From IMG/VR virus record IMGVR_UViG_3300010396_000071, positions 1 to 39,108 of that record: a stretch of 39,108 nucleotides of DNA. One strand, written 5' to 3'. Below, one piece after another: positions 25,680 to 35,431 of the stretch (position 1 is its first letter; each line of letters begins with the position of its first letter). Both the position numbers and the translations under genes were made by a program. Source of the DNA: a virus. Taxonomy: Duplodnaviria; Caudoviricetes. The notes under the pieces were generated by a model. It had not been told where the DNA came from, did not search any database, and saw only the letters and a list, made by a program, of their open reading frames with translations.

Positions 25680-28600
25680 TGGTGAGCAACGAGCTACACG
25701 CGGTTATCTCGGACGGTAAGGCAACCGTTGTTTCAGGTGTGCTCGAACTCGGTAAGAACATTTGGATCTCTGCTAGCGGTGAGTTCACGGTAGACGATGT
25801 GGTCACCACGACTGCACTACACGGGTTCAACTTTGATCCTCATCAACCACGTGACGCAGAGGGTCAGTGGACGAAAAACCCGGTGAGCAGCGTTAAAGAC
25901 TTCCTTAAGAAGCTGAAGAACGCACGCGTAGGTGACAAGGCGTACGGCATCGTTGCGAGTACGGATGAGTTCGGTGCGAAGGGTCCAGGCGGCTACGGTG
26001 AGCATCACTCTGACACGGTTCAGGGATTCCCGAGTGTCGTAGGTGACTACCAGGTGGATGGTTTTCGCATTAACGGTGATCTTCGCACGGGTGGTGACAA
26101 GAAGTGGCACACTACCTCCGAGGGATGGGTGCAGGGCTGGCGACCGGTCACCGATGCGTTCGATGAGGCAATGGGGAAGAAACGTTCCAAGCTTAAGAGT
26201 GACATCATCGTGGAGCGTGGCATCCAGGACCCAACTGCCGTGTGGAACGGTGGCTGGTCGTCAAGTGACAATGTTGGCTTGACGTGGATCGATAAGGGAT
26301 ACGCGTCGACGACGACAGATGCGAGTGTTGCCACGCACTTTTCGTCTAAGGCGCACGAGGGCGTGATTACTGGTCAACCGGTGATCATGCGTATCGTTGT
26401 ACCCAAGGGTACACCCGCACTTAGGTTCGGTGAGAACGGTACACACGCTCAGTACAACTGGGAACGTGAGGTTCTTCTACCGCGAAGTTCACGCTACCGT
26501 GTCATGGTGGATCACGGTGTGGACGAGAACGGTATTCATCGCCTTGATGTGGAACTTATCTCACACAGTGAGGGTTTGACGGCTGCGGTTGTGTCTACGA
26601 ACACCGAGGCAAAGTCGCAGCAGACGAAGCAGAAAGACCTACCTAAGACACCTCCGTTCATCGACGTAGGACCGCTCGTTGAGATCATTGATGAGCCTGA
26701 GCATATCGTTGCCGCGGTGAACGCAGAGTTCAACGCGATGCACCCACGCGGCAAGGACGGCAAGTTCATCACGAAGGGTCACGTAGGCGCGGAAGTTTTC
26801 GACGTCATTTCTGATGCTATAAGTGACATCGGTAACATCACTTACCAAGACTTGCTTACGACGGAGAAAGACAACTTCATCGCACAGGTGAACAACTTCG
26901 ACCTCGGCACATGGCACAACTTTACCGATGACCAGAAGAGCGTTCTCACGAAGGCCGTCGAGGACGCGCTGGACGACGGCATCCCGGGTAGTGCCACCGC
27001 GATGGCACACCTCGAAGAGCTCGATAACACCGACGTCAACGTCGAAGATGTCGCACCGAATGAGCTGCTCTTCGAACCTGACGTGCCACTCCCACCTGCT
27101 CCGAAATCAACACTTAAGTCTGAACCTAGTGATGTGACATCGCCACCGTCAATGACGACGGGTAAAGCTACACCCATTAAGATGACGCACGCACTCATCC
27201 ACGCCAAGCACGGTAAGGGTGAGGTCATTGCGCAGACGAATGATGACAAGGTTCGTGTTACGTGGAACGGTGACGCGTACGAGGTTGGCTTTAAGCACGG
27301 TGGACCAACCGAGACGCTTAAGAAGTCGCAGCTTTACGCATACCTGGCGAAGAACTTTCCAAATGAGCAGTGGAACGCTCCTGGTAAGCAGAATGTTGAG
27401 GTAAGCGCACCATCCGTCACCGAGGCACTGCCCTCAGCACCGAGTGTGCCACATCCGGTCGCGCCAAAACACCAGGCTGACGTCATTGACATGGCTGGTT
27501 GGAAGCAGATCGGTGGGCAGACTGGTTCGAACAAGGGAGGTCTCTTCGAGGCGCCGAACGGCGACAGGTACTACGTTAAGTCAATGAAGTCGGCGAAACA
27601 CGCTAAAAATGAGGTGCTTGCTGCGAATCTTTACAAGATGGCGGGCATCGACGTCCCCGAGGTGCGACACGGTGAGAATCACCCACTTGGTTGGGGCAAC
27701 GCTATCGCGTCAAAGATCGTGCCAAACGCAAAGACCGACCCGGGTAAGCTGAAGAATGATGTCGTCTTCAAGGCAAAGGTGCAGCAGGGTTTCGCGACCG
27801 ACGCGTGGCTCGCAAACTGGGACACTATGGGACTTACGCTCGACAATGTCGTTGACTCGGACGGTAAGCCGTGGCGCATCGACTTTGGTGGTTCGCTGGA
27901 GTATCGCGCGCAGGGAACACCGAAGGGTGAGGCGTTCGGCTACGTTCCGGTTGAGCTGCAGACACTACGTGACGCAAAGCTGAACCCGTCATCGGCGGCC
28001 GTCTTTGGTGGTATGTCGAACGGGCAGATCCGCGAGTCGGCGAAGATGCTGCTGCCAATCACAGATGAAAAAATTCGGCAGGCCGTCAAGGACCAGGGAC
28101 TTCCCGATTCGCTCGCGGACAAGCTGATCGCACGTCGTAGCTACATTCTCGATGAGTATAATCTTCAAACGAATAACATCGATACCTCCGCATTGCCTGA
28201 GATTGCAGAGCCACCTAACCTCGAGGCACTGCAAATTAAGAAAGACGCCGCGGCGGCTCTGAATGCTGGTAAGATCACTGAGGCTGAGTTCGACAAGATT
28301 CACAACTGGATCGAGCAAGGATTGCTCAAAGATGCGCAGTTCGACCTAGACGCGTTTTCAAAGGGCAAGTTTGTTGCCGAGGCTGATCTCAGTCCACTTG
28401 AGTCGCTTGATGACATCGCAGCAAAGTTCGCGGTGCCACACTCGTCTGAGCAAGTCATTACGAACTGGCCGGGTGTCACAGGTAAGAAGTATGAAGAGGG
28501 TGACGTCGTCGCGCTCGCGACCGACGGCATGTCTCGCATTACGAAGGGTCCAGGCGAGTCGTTTGTTATCGAAACGAAGCCGATAGGTGCCCTGTCTCCT

Positions 28601-30508
28601 GACGAGCCATGGAAGGTCGATGACGTCGTCGACTTTCCGGATCAGGTACCTGGGTGGGCGGCTGCGTACTCAGACACGTGGATCGTTCCGTCACTTGCCA
28701 CGAAGTCGGTAGTTGGTAAGCCGATCAACGTCCCGCAGATTCTTGAATCCGCGGTGAGTGCGAGTCCGGGTAAGTTGCTAGCTACCGGTACGGCGTCGAC
28801 ATTCCCCAACGCAGAGTATCGTGTCATTAAGAACGCCACTGGTGAAGTTTCATTCCAATACCGTTTGAAGGGTGGTGACGGCACCTGGAAGATTCCACAA
28901 CAAAAGGGTCTCTTCGAACTTACAAACATGATTGGTATCGAGTGGGTGACGCCTGGTAAGACGAATGTCGTAGAAGTCACACCTACAGTGTCAACACCAT
29001 CGATACCTGAACCGGCTACACACAAAGTCGGCATCGCGCACCTTAGTCCGACGCAGAAGCACAACTTCTACATGACGTTCAAAGATGAAAAAGTCTCGCC
29101 GTCGTGGAGTGGTGCGAAGATCTACACGAGTTTGCAGGCCGCAAAGTTGAAGATGTCAGGTGATTCTGACATCGCACAGCTCACCGATGAGCAGATGCTC
29201 GAAGTTGTCGATAACCAGCTTATGCACTTGAAGTACTACGGATACCCTCCCGCTGGAGTTGATACACATCCATTTGCCACGAAGGTGCTCGAGTGGCTTA
29301 AAACTCCGAACGGCAAGAAGGCCGCACTCGCTGTGAAGTCGGGAAGTATCCCGACTTCGTCGCCGGTGAAGTCTCCTGCGCTTAAGATTGCGACGCCTCT
29401 TAAGCAAATTAATCTCGGTACCGCTGGAACTGCACACATTTCGGCGAATGATAAAGAAGGCATCTACTCTCTCTTTAAGAGTCAGTCGTACGGTAAGTAC
29501 CTTAAGGACTCGCCGGCCGACATCTACTACAGCGCGTATCATCTCTCGCAAAACGCAACATTCAAGAAAAAGCACGGTGATAACATTTCAGCGATGCAGG
29601 TCCTGCAGATCGTTGATGAGGAGAACGCGAAGAAGTTTGGTTCAGGTGCCGCGACGCCGCCTGACTTCTCATTCGTACACAAGGTTGAGAAGTGGCTCAA
29701 CACGCCGAACGGCCAGAAGTACGGTAATGATGTTCAGAACGACACATACGTTCCGGGATCGACCAACTCATCCGGTGCTAAACTTCCCACGAAGAAACTC
29801 GCTAAGAAGGCGAAGAAGACTTCATACGGTGGCTACGGCGGTGGTTACAGCTCACCGTCATACGTTCACGCCGCCGATAAGCCACATTCTGAAAAGATTA
29901 CGGCACCAACGTTTAACGTACCGTATGACGCAAGTAAACCAGAGAGCGCATTCAAAGTTATCTCGACGACGAGTGCGTCGACGATGTGGCAGAAGCAGAC
30001 GGCCGGCAACGAACCAACAAGTGCACAGATTAGTGCGTTGAAGTCGTACACCGGCTCCGGTTACGTTGCGATGAACAACTACCTACGTGGCCAGTCGGGT
30101 GCGTCACAAGACACGCATAACAAGGTCAACGCGGTGCAGGCGATGATGCGTCCATCGACACAAGACATCATACTGCACCGTGGTAACGGTTGGTTTGCCG
30201 GTTGGAACAGCTACGAGCAGGCACTTAGTAACGTTGGGAAGACCATGCACCAGCAGGGTTTCTTCTCGACGAGTGTGGGTGGCAAGGAAGCGTTTTCCGG
30301 TAAGTCGATCCAGTTTGTCGTCGAGGCACCGGCCGGAACACCCATGCTCTGGGCGAAGAAGTACTCACACTTCTCAACTGAAAATGAGATGCTACTCGCC
30401 GCAGGTCTTCGCTACAAGGTTATTTCCGTCACGAAGCCTAAGCCGGGTACGTACGGAACGCAGGCAGTTGTTCGTCTTCGTGTCATCGGAGAGGATGAAC
30501 CATCATGA
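25676..30508 (+). CDS. Multidomain head-associated effector: ADP-ribosyltransferase + HipA/PI3-4K-like kinase + ADP-ribosyltransferase
   Basis: ART1: INGDLR, VERG, GYASTT, EREVLLPR. Kinase: GQTGSNKGG, YYVK, NEVLA, LANWD, IDFG. ART2: YTGSGY..MNNYLRG, LHRG, GFFSTS, ENEMLL. Confidence 0.85.
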   Translation: MMVSNELHAVISDGKATVVSGVLELGKNIWISASGEFTVDDVVTTTALHGFNFDPHQPRDAEGQWTKNPVSSVKDFLKKLKNARVGDKAYGIVASTDEFGAKGPGGYGEHHSDTVQGFPSVVGDYQVDGFRINGDLRTGGDKKWHTTSEGWVQGWRPVTDAFDEAMGKKRSKLKSDIIVERGIQDPTAVWNGGWSSSDNVGLTWIDKGYASTTTDASVATHFSSKAHEGVITGQPVIMRIVVPKGTPALRFGENGTHAQYNWEREVLLPRSSRYRVMVDHGVDENGIHRLDVELISHSEGLTAAVVSTNTEAKSQQTKQKDLPKTPPFIDVGPLVEIIDEPEHIVAAVNAEFNAMHPRGKDGKFITKGHVGAEVFDVISDAISDIGNITYQDLLTTEKDNFIAQVNNFDLGTWHNFTDDQKSVLTKAVEDALDDGIPGSATAMAHLEELDNTDVNVEDVAPNELLFEPDVPLPPAPKSTLKSEPSDVTSPPSMTTGKATPIKMTHALIHAKHGKGEVIAQTNDDKVRVTWNGDAYEVGFKHGGPTETLKKSQLYAYLAKNFPNEQWNAPGKQNVEVSAPSVTEALPSAPSVPHPVAPKHQADVIDMAGWKQIGGQTGSNKGGLFEAPNGDRYYVKSMKSAKHAKNEVLAANLYKMAGIDVPEVRHGENHPLGWGNAIASKIVPNAKTDPGKLKNDVVFKAKVQQGFATDAWLANWDTMGLTLDNVVDSDGKPWRIDFGGSLEYRAQGTPKGEAFGYVPVELQTLRDAKLNPSSAAVFGGMSNGQIRESAKMLLPITDEKIRQAVKDQGLPDSLADKLIARRSYILDEYNLQTNNIDTSALPEIAEPPNLEALQIKKDAAAALNAGKITEAEFDKIHNWIEQGLLKDAQFDLDAFSKGKFVAEADLSPLESLDDIAAKFAVPHSSEQVITNWPGVTGKKYEEGDVVALATDGMSRITKGPGESFVIETKPIGALSPDEPWKVDDVVDFPDQVPGWAAAYSDTWIVPSLATKSVVGKPINVPQILESAVSASPGKLLATGTASTFPNAEYRVIKNATGEVSFQYRLKGGDGTWKIPQQKGLFELTNMIGIEWVTPGKTNVVEVTPTVSTPSIPEPATHKVGIAHLSPTQKHNFYMTFKDEKVSPSWSGAKIYTSLQAAKLKMSGDSDIAQLTDEQMLEVVDNQLMHLKYYGYPPAGVDTHPFATKVLEWLKTPNGKKAALAVKSGSIPTSSPVKSPALKIATPLKQINLGTAGTAHISANDKEGIYSLFKSQSYGKYLKDSPADIYYSAYHLSQNATFKKKHGDNISAMQVLQIVDEENAKKFGSGAATPPDFSFVHKVEKWLNTPNGQKYGNDVQNDTYVPGSTNSSGAKLPTKKLAKKAKKTSYGGYGGGYSSPSYVHAADKPHSEKITAPTFNVPYDASKPESAFKVISTTSASTMWQKQTAGNEPTSAQISALKSYTGSGYVAMNNYLRGQSGASQDTHNKVNAVQAMMRPSTQDIILHRGNGWFAGWNSYEQALSNVGKTMHQQGFFSTSVGGKEAFSGKSIQFVVEAPAGTPMLWAKKYSHFSTENEMLLAAGLRYKVISVTKPKPGTYGTQAVVRLRVIGEDEPS

Positions 30509-33402
30509 CGACACCTCTTCGATTCGATGACCCAAACCTCGTCTTTGTCTTTGACGGTGAGGAGTTAGGTCGACCTGAGGTAGGTGACGAGGGTTTCTCC
30601 GACGCGGAGGCGCTCGCGTTTCTACGTGGAGAGATTGGGCAGAACGCGATCGTGGCTAGTGATGAACCGCAGACGGGTGCCATGATTGCGCTCGTTCCAG
30701 ACGCGGATACGATCCAGCGACTTGCAGTTCCAGGTGGGGAGGCGCCGGAAGACCTGCACATGACGATCTGCTACCTCGGTGAAGCGGCGAAGATCGTACC
30801 AATGCGACGTGATCACATCATTGACTCGATGAAGTTTGCGTCGCAGGAGATTCCGGTCGTAGAGGCCTCCGCATTTGGCGTCGCGGAGTGGAACCCAAAT
30901 GACCCAGAGAAGCAAACATCGCTGGTGTATAACATCGGTGGCGGTGAAGTCGATGACGCGTATGAGATGCTGTATGACATCATACGTGGGTTGATGGGTG
31001 ACCAGCTTCCGGAACAGTATGAGCCGTACGTAGCACACGTGTGTGCCGCATATAGCAATGACATAACACTTCTTAACACTATGGTGCAAAATCTCGGCTA
31101 CGTTCGTTTTGATAGGCTGCGTGTTGCATTCGCAGGCGACGTGACGGACTTCGACCTGTATAATGGTGAGCAACCGGATGTCACACCGGGAGATAACGAA
31201 ATGAGTGATGAGTACTCGCTCACCGCTGACGGCTTGGATGAGTACTACGCCGTGACGTTTGCCAACGCGCTCGACCGCGAGTCACGCATGCGTGCCGCGA
31301 AATCCGGTAAGGCGATGCCTGATGGTTCATATCCGATTCGCAACGTGGGTGAACTTCAGAAGGCGATCCAGGCGTACGGTCGTGCAAGTGACAAGGCCGC
31401 GACGAAACGCTGGATCATGCGTCGCGCTCGCGAACTTAACCGTGTAGATCTCATTCCCGACAACTGGACGGCCGCGGCCGGAACGGACGTAGAAACGTTC
31501 GCGCAGAAGAAGGAAAGTGACGTCAACCTGCCGGGTGGCAGCCATAACCTACGTAACTACTGGGTGCGTGGTGAGGGTGCCGTCAAGATTGGGTGGGGAA
31601 CAGACGGCTCGTTTGCTCGCTGTGTTGCTCTGCTTGGGAAGCATGTGACGCGACCGCAGGGTCTCTGCGCCGAGTATCATCACGCAGCTACCGGTGAGTG
31701 GCCAACCGAGCACGGTAAGAAGGGAATCCCATCTAGCGTGGATATCGCGGTGACCGCCGACGGCACGGAGACGGCCGATGCAACGCAGATCGATAGCGAC
31801 GGCTGGTGGGAGGGTATCCTCGCCGTCGAGGACGTAGAGACGGGTGACCAGCGGAAGTTCTCGGCAGGTTCGTTGACGTGGCCTGATCCGGCATCGGTGA
31901 CGGTTCCGCTTATGTGGACGCCGCAGTCCGAGGGTGCACACAAGGGTGCCGTCGTAGCAGGCAACGTAAGTGAGATCTGGCGTGACCATGTTGACCAGCG
32001 AATCATTCGTGGGCGTGGCCGGTTCGACCTTGGCGGTGAGTACGGCCGTGAGGCACATCGACTCACCAAGGAAGGCATGCTCTCTGGCATCAGCGTTGAT
32101 CCTGACCAGGTAACCGACGCGAATGTTGAGCTCATCTATCCAGCGAAGTTCGACGGCGACCAGACACTCGTGAAGCCTGAGCTGACAGTGTACCACGCTG
32201 GACGTATCCGCGGCGCAACACTGCTTCCGTTCCCTGCGTTCGTTGAAGCGAAGCTTGTTCTCACTAACGCTCCTGAAACCGCTGTTACCGCTGACGGTGC
32301 TCACTACGTCGCGGCGATCGAGGAACCGTGGTCGGTCGTTCAGCACGAGATCGCTCTCGGCACCGAGATGCCACTTGAAACCGCACTCGGTGCGTTCGCG
32401 CACGTGCACGCTGACATTGATGCTGAGACTGTGTCACGCACTGCCTGCCGACTTCTTCATCACTCGGTGTTCGCCGACGGTGCGGTAGGTGACCCAAACG
32501 TCACCGCGTGTCAACGCGCGATCGCGCAACTCAATTCGGGACGGTCATTTGGTCTCGATGGTCGCGCACGGCGTGAGACGTACGAGCATCTCGCGGCTCA
32601 CCTACGAGCGGCGGGTATTGAGCCTGACGCGTATGTAAGTGATGATCCGATCGTCGCGTGTGGCGACGTTCAACATCCGAAGAAGGAATGGTTTGACAAC
32701 CCAGGCCTCACCGGTCCGTCACCGCTCACCGTAACAGATGACGGTCGCGTCTTTGGTCATGCGGCGTTGTGGAACTCGTGTCATACCTCGTTCGCTGGAT
32801 CGTGCACCGCACCGCCGTACGAGGCAGACTACTCATACTTTACGACGGGTGAGGTCGTCTGCGATGACGGAAGTCGCGTCGCCGCTGGACAGATCACACT
32901 CGGTACGTCTCACGCTCCGACGAGTGGGGTGACTCTCAATGCGGCGATTGATCACTACGGCAACACGGGGACGGCGGTCGCAGACGTTGCGGCTGGGATG
33001 GATGACCATGGAATCTGGGTTGCTGGCGCTGTACGTCCTGGCACCAGCGGCGAACATCTTCATGCCCTCCGCGCTTCTGCCCTGTCTGGTGACTGGCGCC
33101 GGATTGGTGGCTCTCTCCGTATGGTTGCTCTCCTTGCCGTCAACGTACCCGGGTTCCCCATCCCACGCACTGCGGCATTCGTTGCCAACACGCGACAGCT
33201 CAGTCTCGTGGCAGCGGGTATCGTCGATGAGAAAGCCGTGATGAGCGCGGAGGTTGACTCACTCGCCGCGATGATCGGACGAAAGCGAAAGAAGAAGTCT
33301 ATGTCGCCGAGCACAACGTACTGCAACTCCGACGTTGAGGCTCTAGCGGTGTCGATTGGTCGTGACCCACTGTCGTTGCTTCGACAGCAAGTTCTAGGAT
33401 AG
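30505..33402 (+). CDS. Capsid maturation protease fusion with an N-terminal 2H phosphoesterase
   Basis: HMT/HVC 2H motifs; PDGSYPI module; YW..GEG..KI.WG module; protease region ETGDQR, H.GA, GISVD; C-terminal GRVFGH...SGDWR...VNVPGFP. Confidence 0.85.
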   Translation: MTTPLRFDDPNLVFVFDGEELGRPEVGDEGFSDAEALAFLRGEIGQNAIVASDEPQTGAMIALVPDADTIQRLAVPGGEAPEDLHMTICYLGEAAKIVPMRRDHIIDSMKFASQEIPVVEASAFGVAEWNPNDPEKQTSLVYNIGGGEVDDAYEMLYDIIRGLMGDQLPEQYEPYVAHVCAAYSNDITLLNTMVQNLGYVRFDRLRVAFAGDVTDFDLYNGEQPDVTPGDNEMSDEYSLTADGLDEYYAVTFANALDRESRMRAAKSGKAMPDGSYPIRNVGELQKAIQAYGRASDKAATKRWIMRRARELNRVDLIPDNWTAAAGTDVETFAQKKESDVNLPGGSHNLRNYWVRGEGAVKIGWGTDGSFARCVALLGKHVTRPQGLCAEYHHAATGEWPTEHGKKGIPSSVDIAVTADGTETADATQIDSDGWWEGILAVEDVETGDQRKFSAGSLTWPDPASVTVPLMWTPQSEGAHKGAVVAGNVSEIWRDHVDQRIIRGRGRFDLGGEYGREAHRLTKEGMLSGISVDPDQVTDANVELIYPAKFDGDQTLVKPELTVYHAGRIRGATLLPFPAFVEAKLVLTNAPETAVTADGAHYVAAIEEPWSVVQHEIALGTEMPLETALGAFAHVHADIDAETVSRTACRLLHHSVFADGAVGDPNVTACQRAIAQLNSGRSFGLDGRARRETYEHLAAHLRAAGIEPDAYVSDDPIVACGDVQHPKKEWFDNPGLTGPSPLTVTDDGRVFGHAALWNSCHTSFAGSCTAPPYEADYSYFTTGEVVCDDGSRVAAGQITLGTSHAPTSGVTLNAAIDHYGNTGTAVADVAAGMDDHGIWVAGAVRPGTSGEHLHALRASALSGDWRRIGGSLRMVALLAVNVPGFPIPRTAAFVANTRQLSLVAAGIVDEKAVMSAEVDSLAAMIGRKRKKKSMSPSTTYCNSDVEALAVSIGRDPLSLLRQQVLG

Positions 33403-33410
33403 GGAAAACA

Positions 33411-33584
33411 ATGGCATGTGGTTGTGGTAAGACGCGCTCTGAGACGATGACGACAAACATGGCGCAGGCGCTTCTTGACCAACAGGAAGCGCAACAGCGC
33501 GAGCAGGAAGCGATGATTGCCTCTGCAGCGCGTGCATCCGGTAACGCCGACTCAAATAGTACGGCGCAACGCTTCGCGGCGTAG
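33411..33584 (+). CDS. Small MACGC-type protein (57 aa)
   Basis: MACGCGKTR...; similar small CxC proteins lie between protease and capsid in cluster-B-like phages. Confidence 0.7.
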   Translation: MACGCGKTRSETMTTNMAQALLDQQEAQQREQEAMIASAARASGNADSNSTAQRFAA

Positions 33585-33676
33585 TTTCACACGGTTTGCT
33601 ATCCGCGGTAGTGATCCAATATTATGGCCAACAAGGCGTCACTGGACCGCATCACACCAGGCAGTGAGGTACATTC

Positions 33677-35386
33677 ATGGCGAAGAAGGATGAGGGAGTC
33701 GTCTTCCCTGAGGACATCACCTCCCTGTCGAATGAAGAGATCGATGATCTCGAGCAGAAGGCAGTCGCTGAGTTCGACTCGCTTTCTCAAGGTGATGTCG
33801 ATGCGGAAGGTCTCGAAAACCTTCGCACGCTCGCCACGGGCATCCAGTCTCTACGTGAGACGCGCACCACGCGTACGCAGGAAGCCGAGGCTCGCGCCGC
33901 CGAGCAGAAGTCACTCATCGAGGGCGTGAACGCGGGTCGGCAGAACGGTGATGGAACTGAAGATGGCGGCAGTGACGGTGGTTCTACCGAGCCTGCTGCA
34001 CCGAGTGATTCCGCTGGTGCACCTGTCGCGGTAACCGCGGGTGGCGCCACTACGAAACCTCGTGAGAGCGGTACTCGCGGTCTCAACAAGCCACTCTCGC
34101 TGGCAGAGATCACGCAGAAGCAGGGTTCGCAGAAGGTTCCTGAGCGTCGCTCCGAGTCGGTGCTCGTCGCATCCGCCGACATTCCAAACTTCGCGGTCGG
34201 CTCGCGACTGAATGACATGAACGCGCTCGTCGCTGCAATGCAGTCACGTGCACGTGCGCTCCCGATCCAGGCTCGCGGCGACGACACCTCACGCTACCCG
34301 ATCGCGTCTCTCCAGCGGGAATACCGTTACACGCTGGATATGATGGCCGATCCGAGTGAGGTCGACGCCGTACTTCAGGCTGCCACCGACGTCGACGCTC
34401 TCGTAGCGGCCGGTGGCTGGTGCTCGCCGAGTGAGATCTCGTACGACTTCTTCAACATCGTCTGCGTGGATGGTACGCTGGATCTGCCGACCGTCGGCAT
34501 CAACCGTGGTGGCATGCGGTGGCCGACGTCCGCCTCGTTCGGTGATCTCGTGGGAAACGCTGCGATGTGGTCGTGGAACGAGACACAGGACATCGCGGCT
34601 GCGACGGGTACCGCACAGTCCGGTACGAAGACCTGCGCGCGTGTTCCGTGTCCGTCGTTCAACGAGGCGCGACTCGCCTGCGACGGTCTCTGTCTCACGG
34701 TTGGTAACCTCACCGAGGATGCCTACCCAGAGCTGATCGCAAACCACACTCGCTTGCTGTTCGCTGCGAACGCTCACAAGATTAACGGTAAGCGCATCGC
34801 GCAGCTGGTCGCGGCATCGACGGCCGTCACGGGTGACGGTAACGCCACCGGTGCCGGTGTGGTCGCGCCGGTTCTCGGGTCGCTGTCGCTGCAGGCGATC
34901 GATTACCGTGATAAGTTTGCGATGTGTGACGGCGCGATTCTCGAGGTGCTGCTCCCACGCTGGATTCGCGGTGCGATGCGTTCCGATCTGCGGAAGCGCA
35001 TGGGTGGCGGCATGGAGATGCTCGAGGTTGCCGACGCGCGTCTGATGTCGATGTTCGACGCCGAGGGTCTTCGTGTTCAGTGGGTTAACGACTGGCAGGT
35101 TCGCGCCGCCGGCTTCCCGGGTAACAGCACCGCGATCACCGCGTGGCCGACGCAGGTGCGAGCGCTCATGTACGCGCCGGGTACGTTCGTGCTCGGGCAG
35201 GGTCTGCGGCTTGATCTTGGTCTGATCCGTGACTCGGTGATGAACGCGACAAACGATCACACCGCTGAGTGGATGGAGGAGTGCTGGCTCATCGCGCAGG
35301 TTGGTCACGAGTCGCGCAACATCCTCGTCAACATCTGCCCGGATGGCACGACCGGTGCGGCTGACCTCACGGCCTGCGGCGTCTAA
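33677..35386 (+). CDS. Major capsid (hexamer) protein with N-terminal scaffold region
   Basis: Coiled-coil N-terminus, ASADIP, LVAAGGWCSPSEISYD, DLP.V...RGG, SVMNATND...EE. Confidence 0.9.
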   Translation: MAKKDEGVVFPEDITSLSNEEIDDLEQKAVAEFDSLSQGDVDAEGLENLRTLATGIQSLRETRTTRTQEAEARAAEQKSLIEGVNAGRQNGDGTEDGGSDGGSTEPAAPSDSAGAPVAVTAGGATTKPRESGTRGLNKPLSLAEITQKQGSQKVPERRSESVLVASADIPNFAVGSRLNDMNALVAAMQSRARALPIQARGDDTSRYPIASLQREYRYTLDMMADPSEVDAVLQAATDVDALVAAGGWCSPSEISYDFFNIVCVDGTLDLPTVGINRGGMRWPTSASFGDLVGNAAMWSWNETQDIAAATGTAQSGTKTCARVPCPSFNEARLACDGLCLTVGNLTEDAYPELIANHTRLLFAANAHKINGKRIAQLVAASTAVTGDGNATGAGVVAPVLGSLSLQAIDYRDKFAMCDGAILEVLLPRWIRGAMRSDLRKRMGGGMEMLEVADARLMSMFDAEGLRVQWVNDWQVRAAGFPGNSTAITAWPTQVRALMYAPGTFVLGQGLRLDLGLIRDSVMNATNDHTAEWMEECWLIAQVGHESRNILVNICPDGTTGAADLTACGV

Positions 35387-35431
35387 GACGTGTCTTCATA
35401 CGACATTCACGACTGACGAGGAGGTTGCGAG

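Noticed and set aside
25676-30508. Tape measure protein or intein-containing protein
   Set aside because: Wrong position and composition for a tape measure; enzymatic motifs are present; no intein C/S...HN ends or LAGLIDADG motifs seen.
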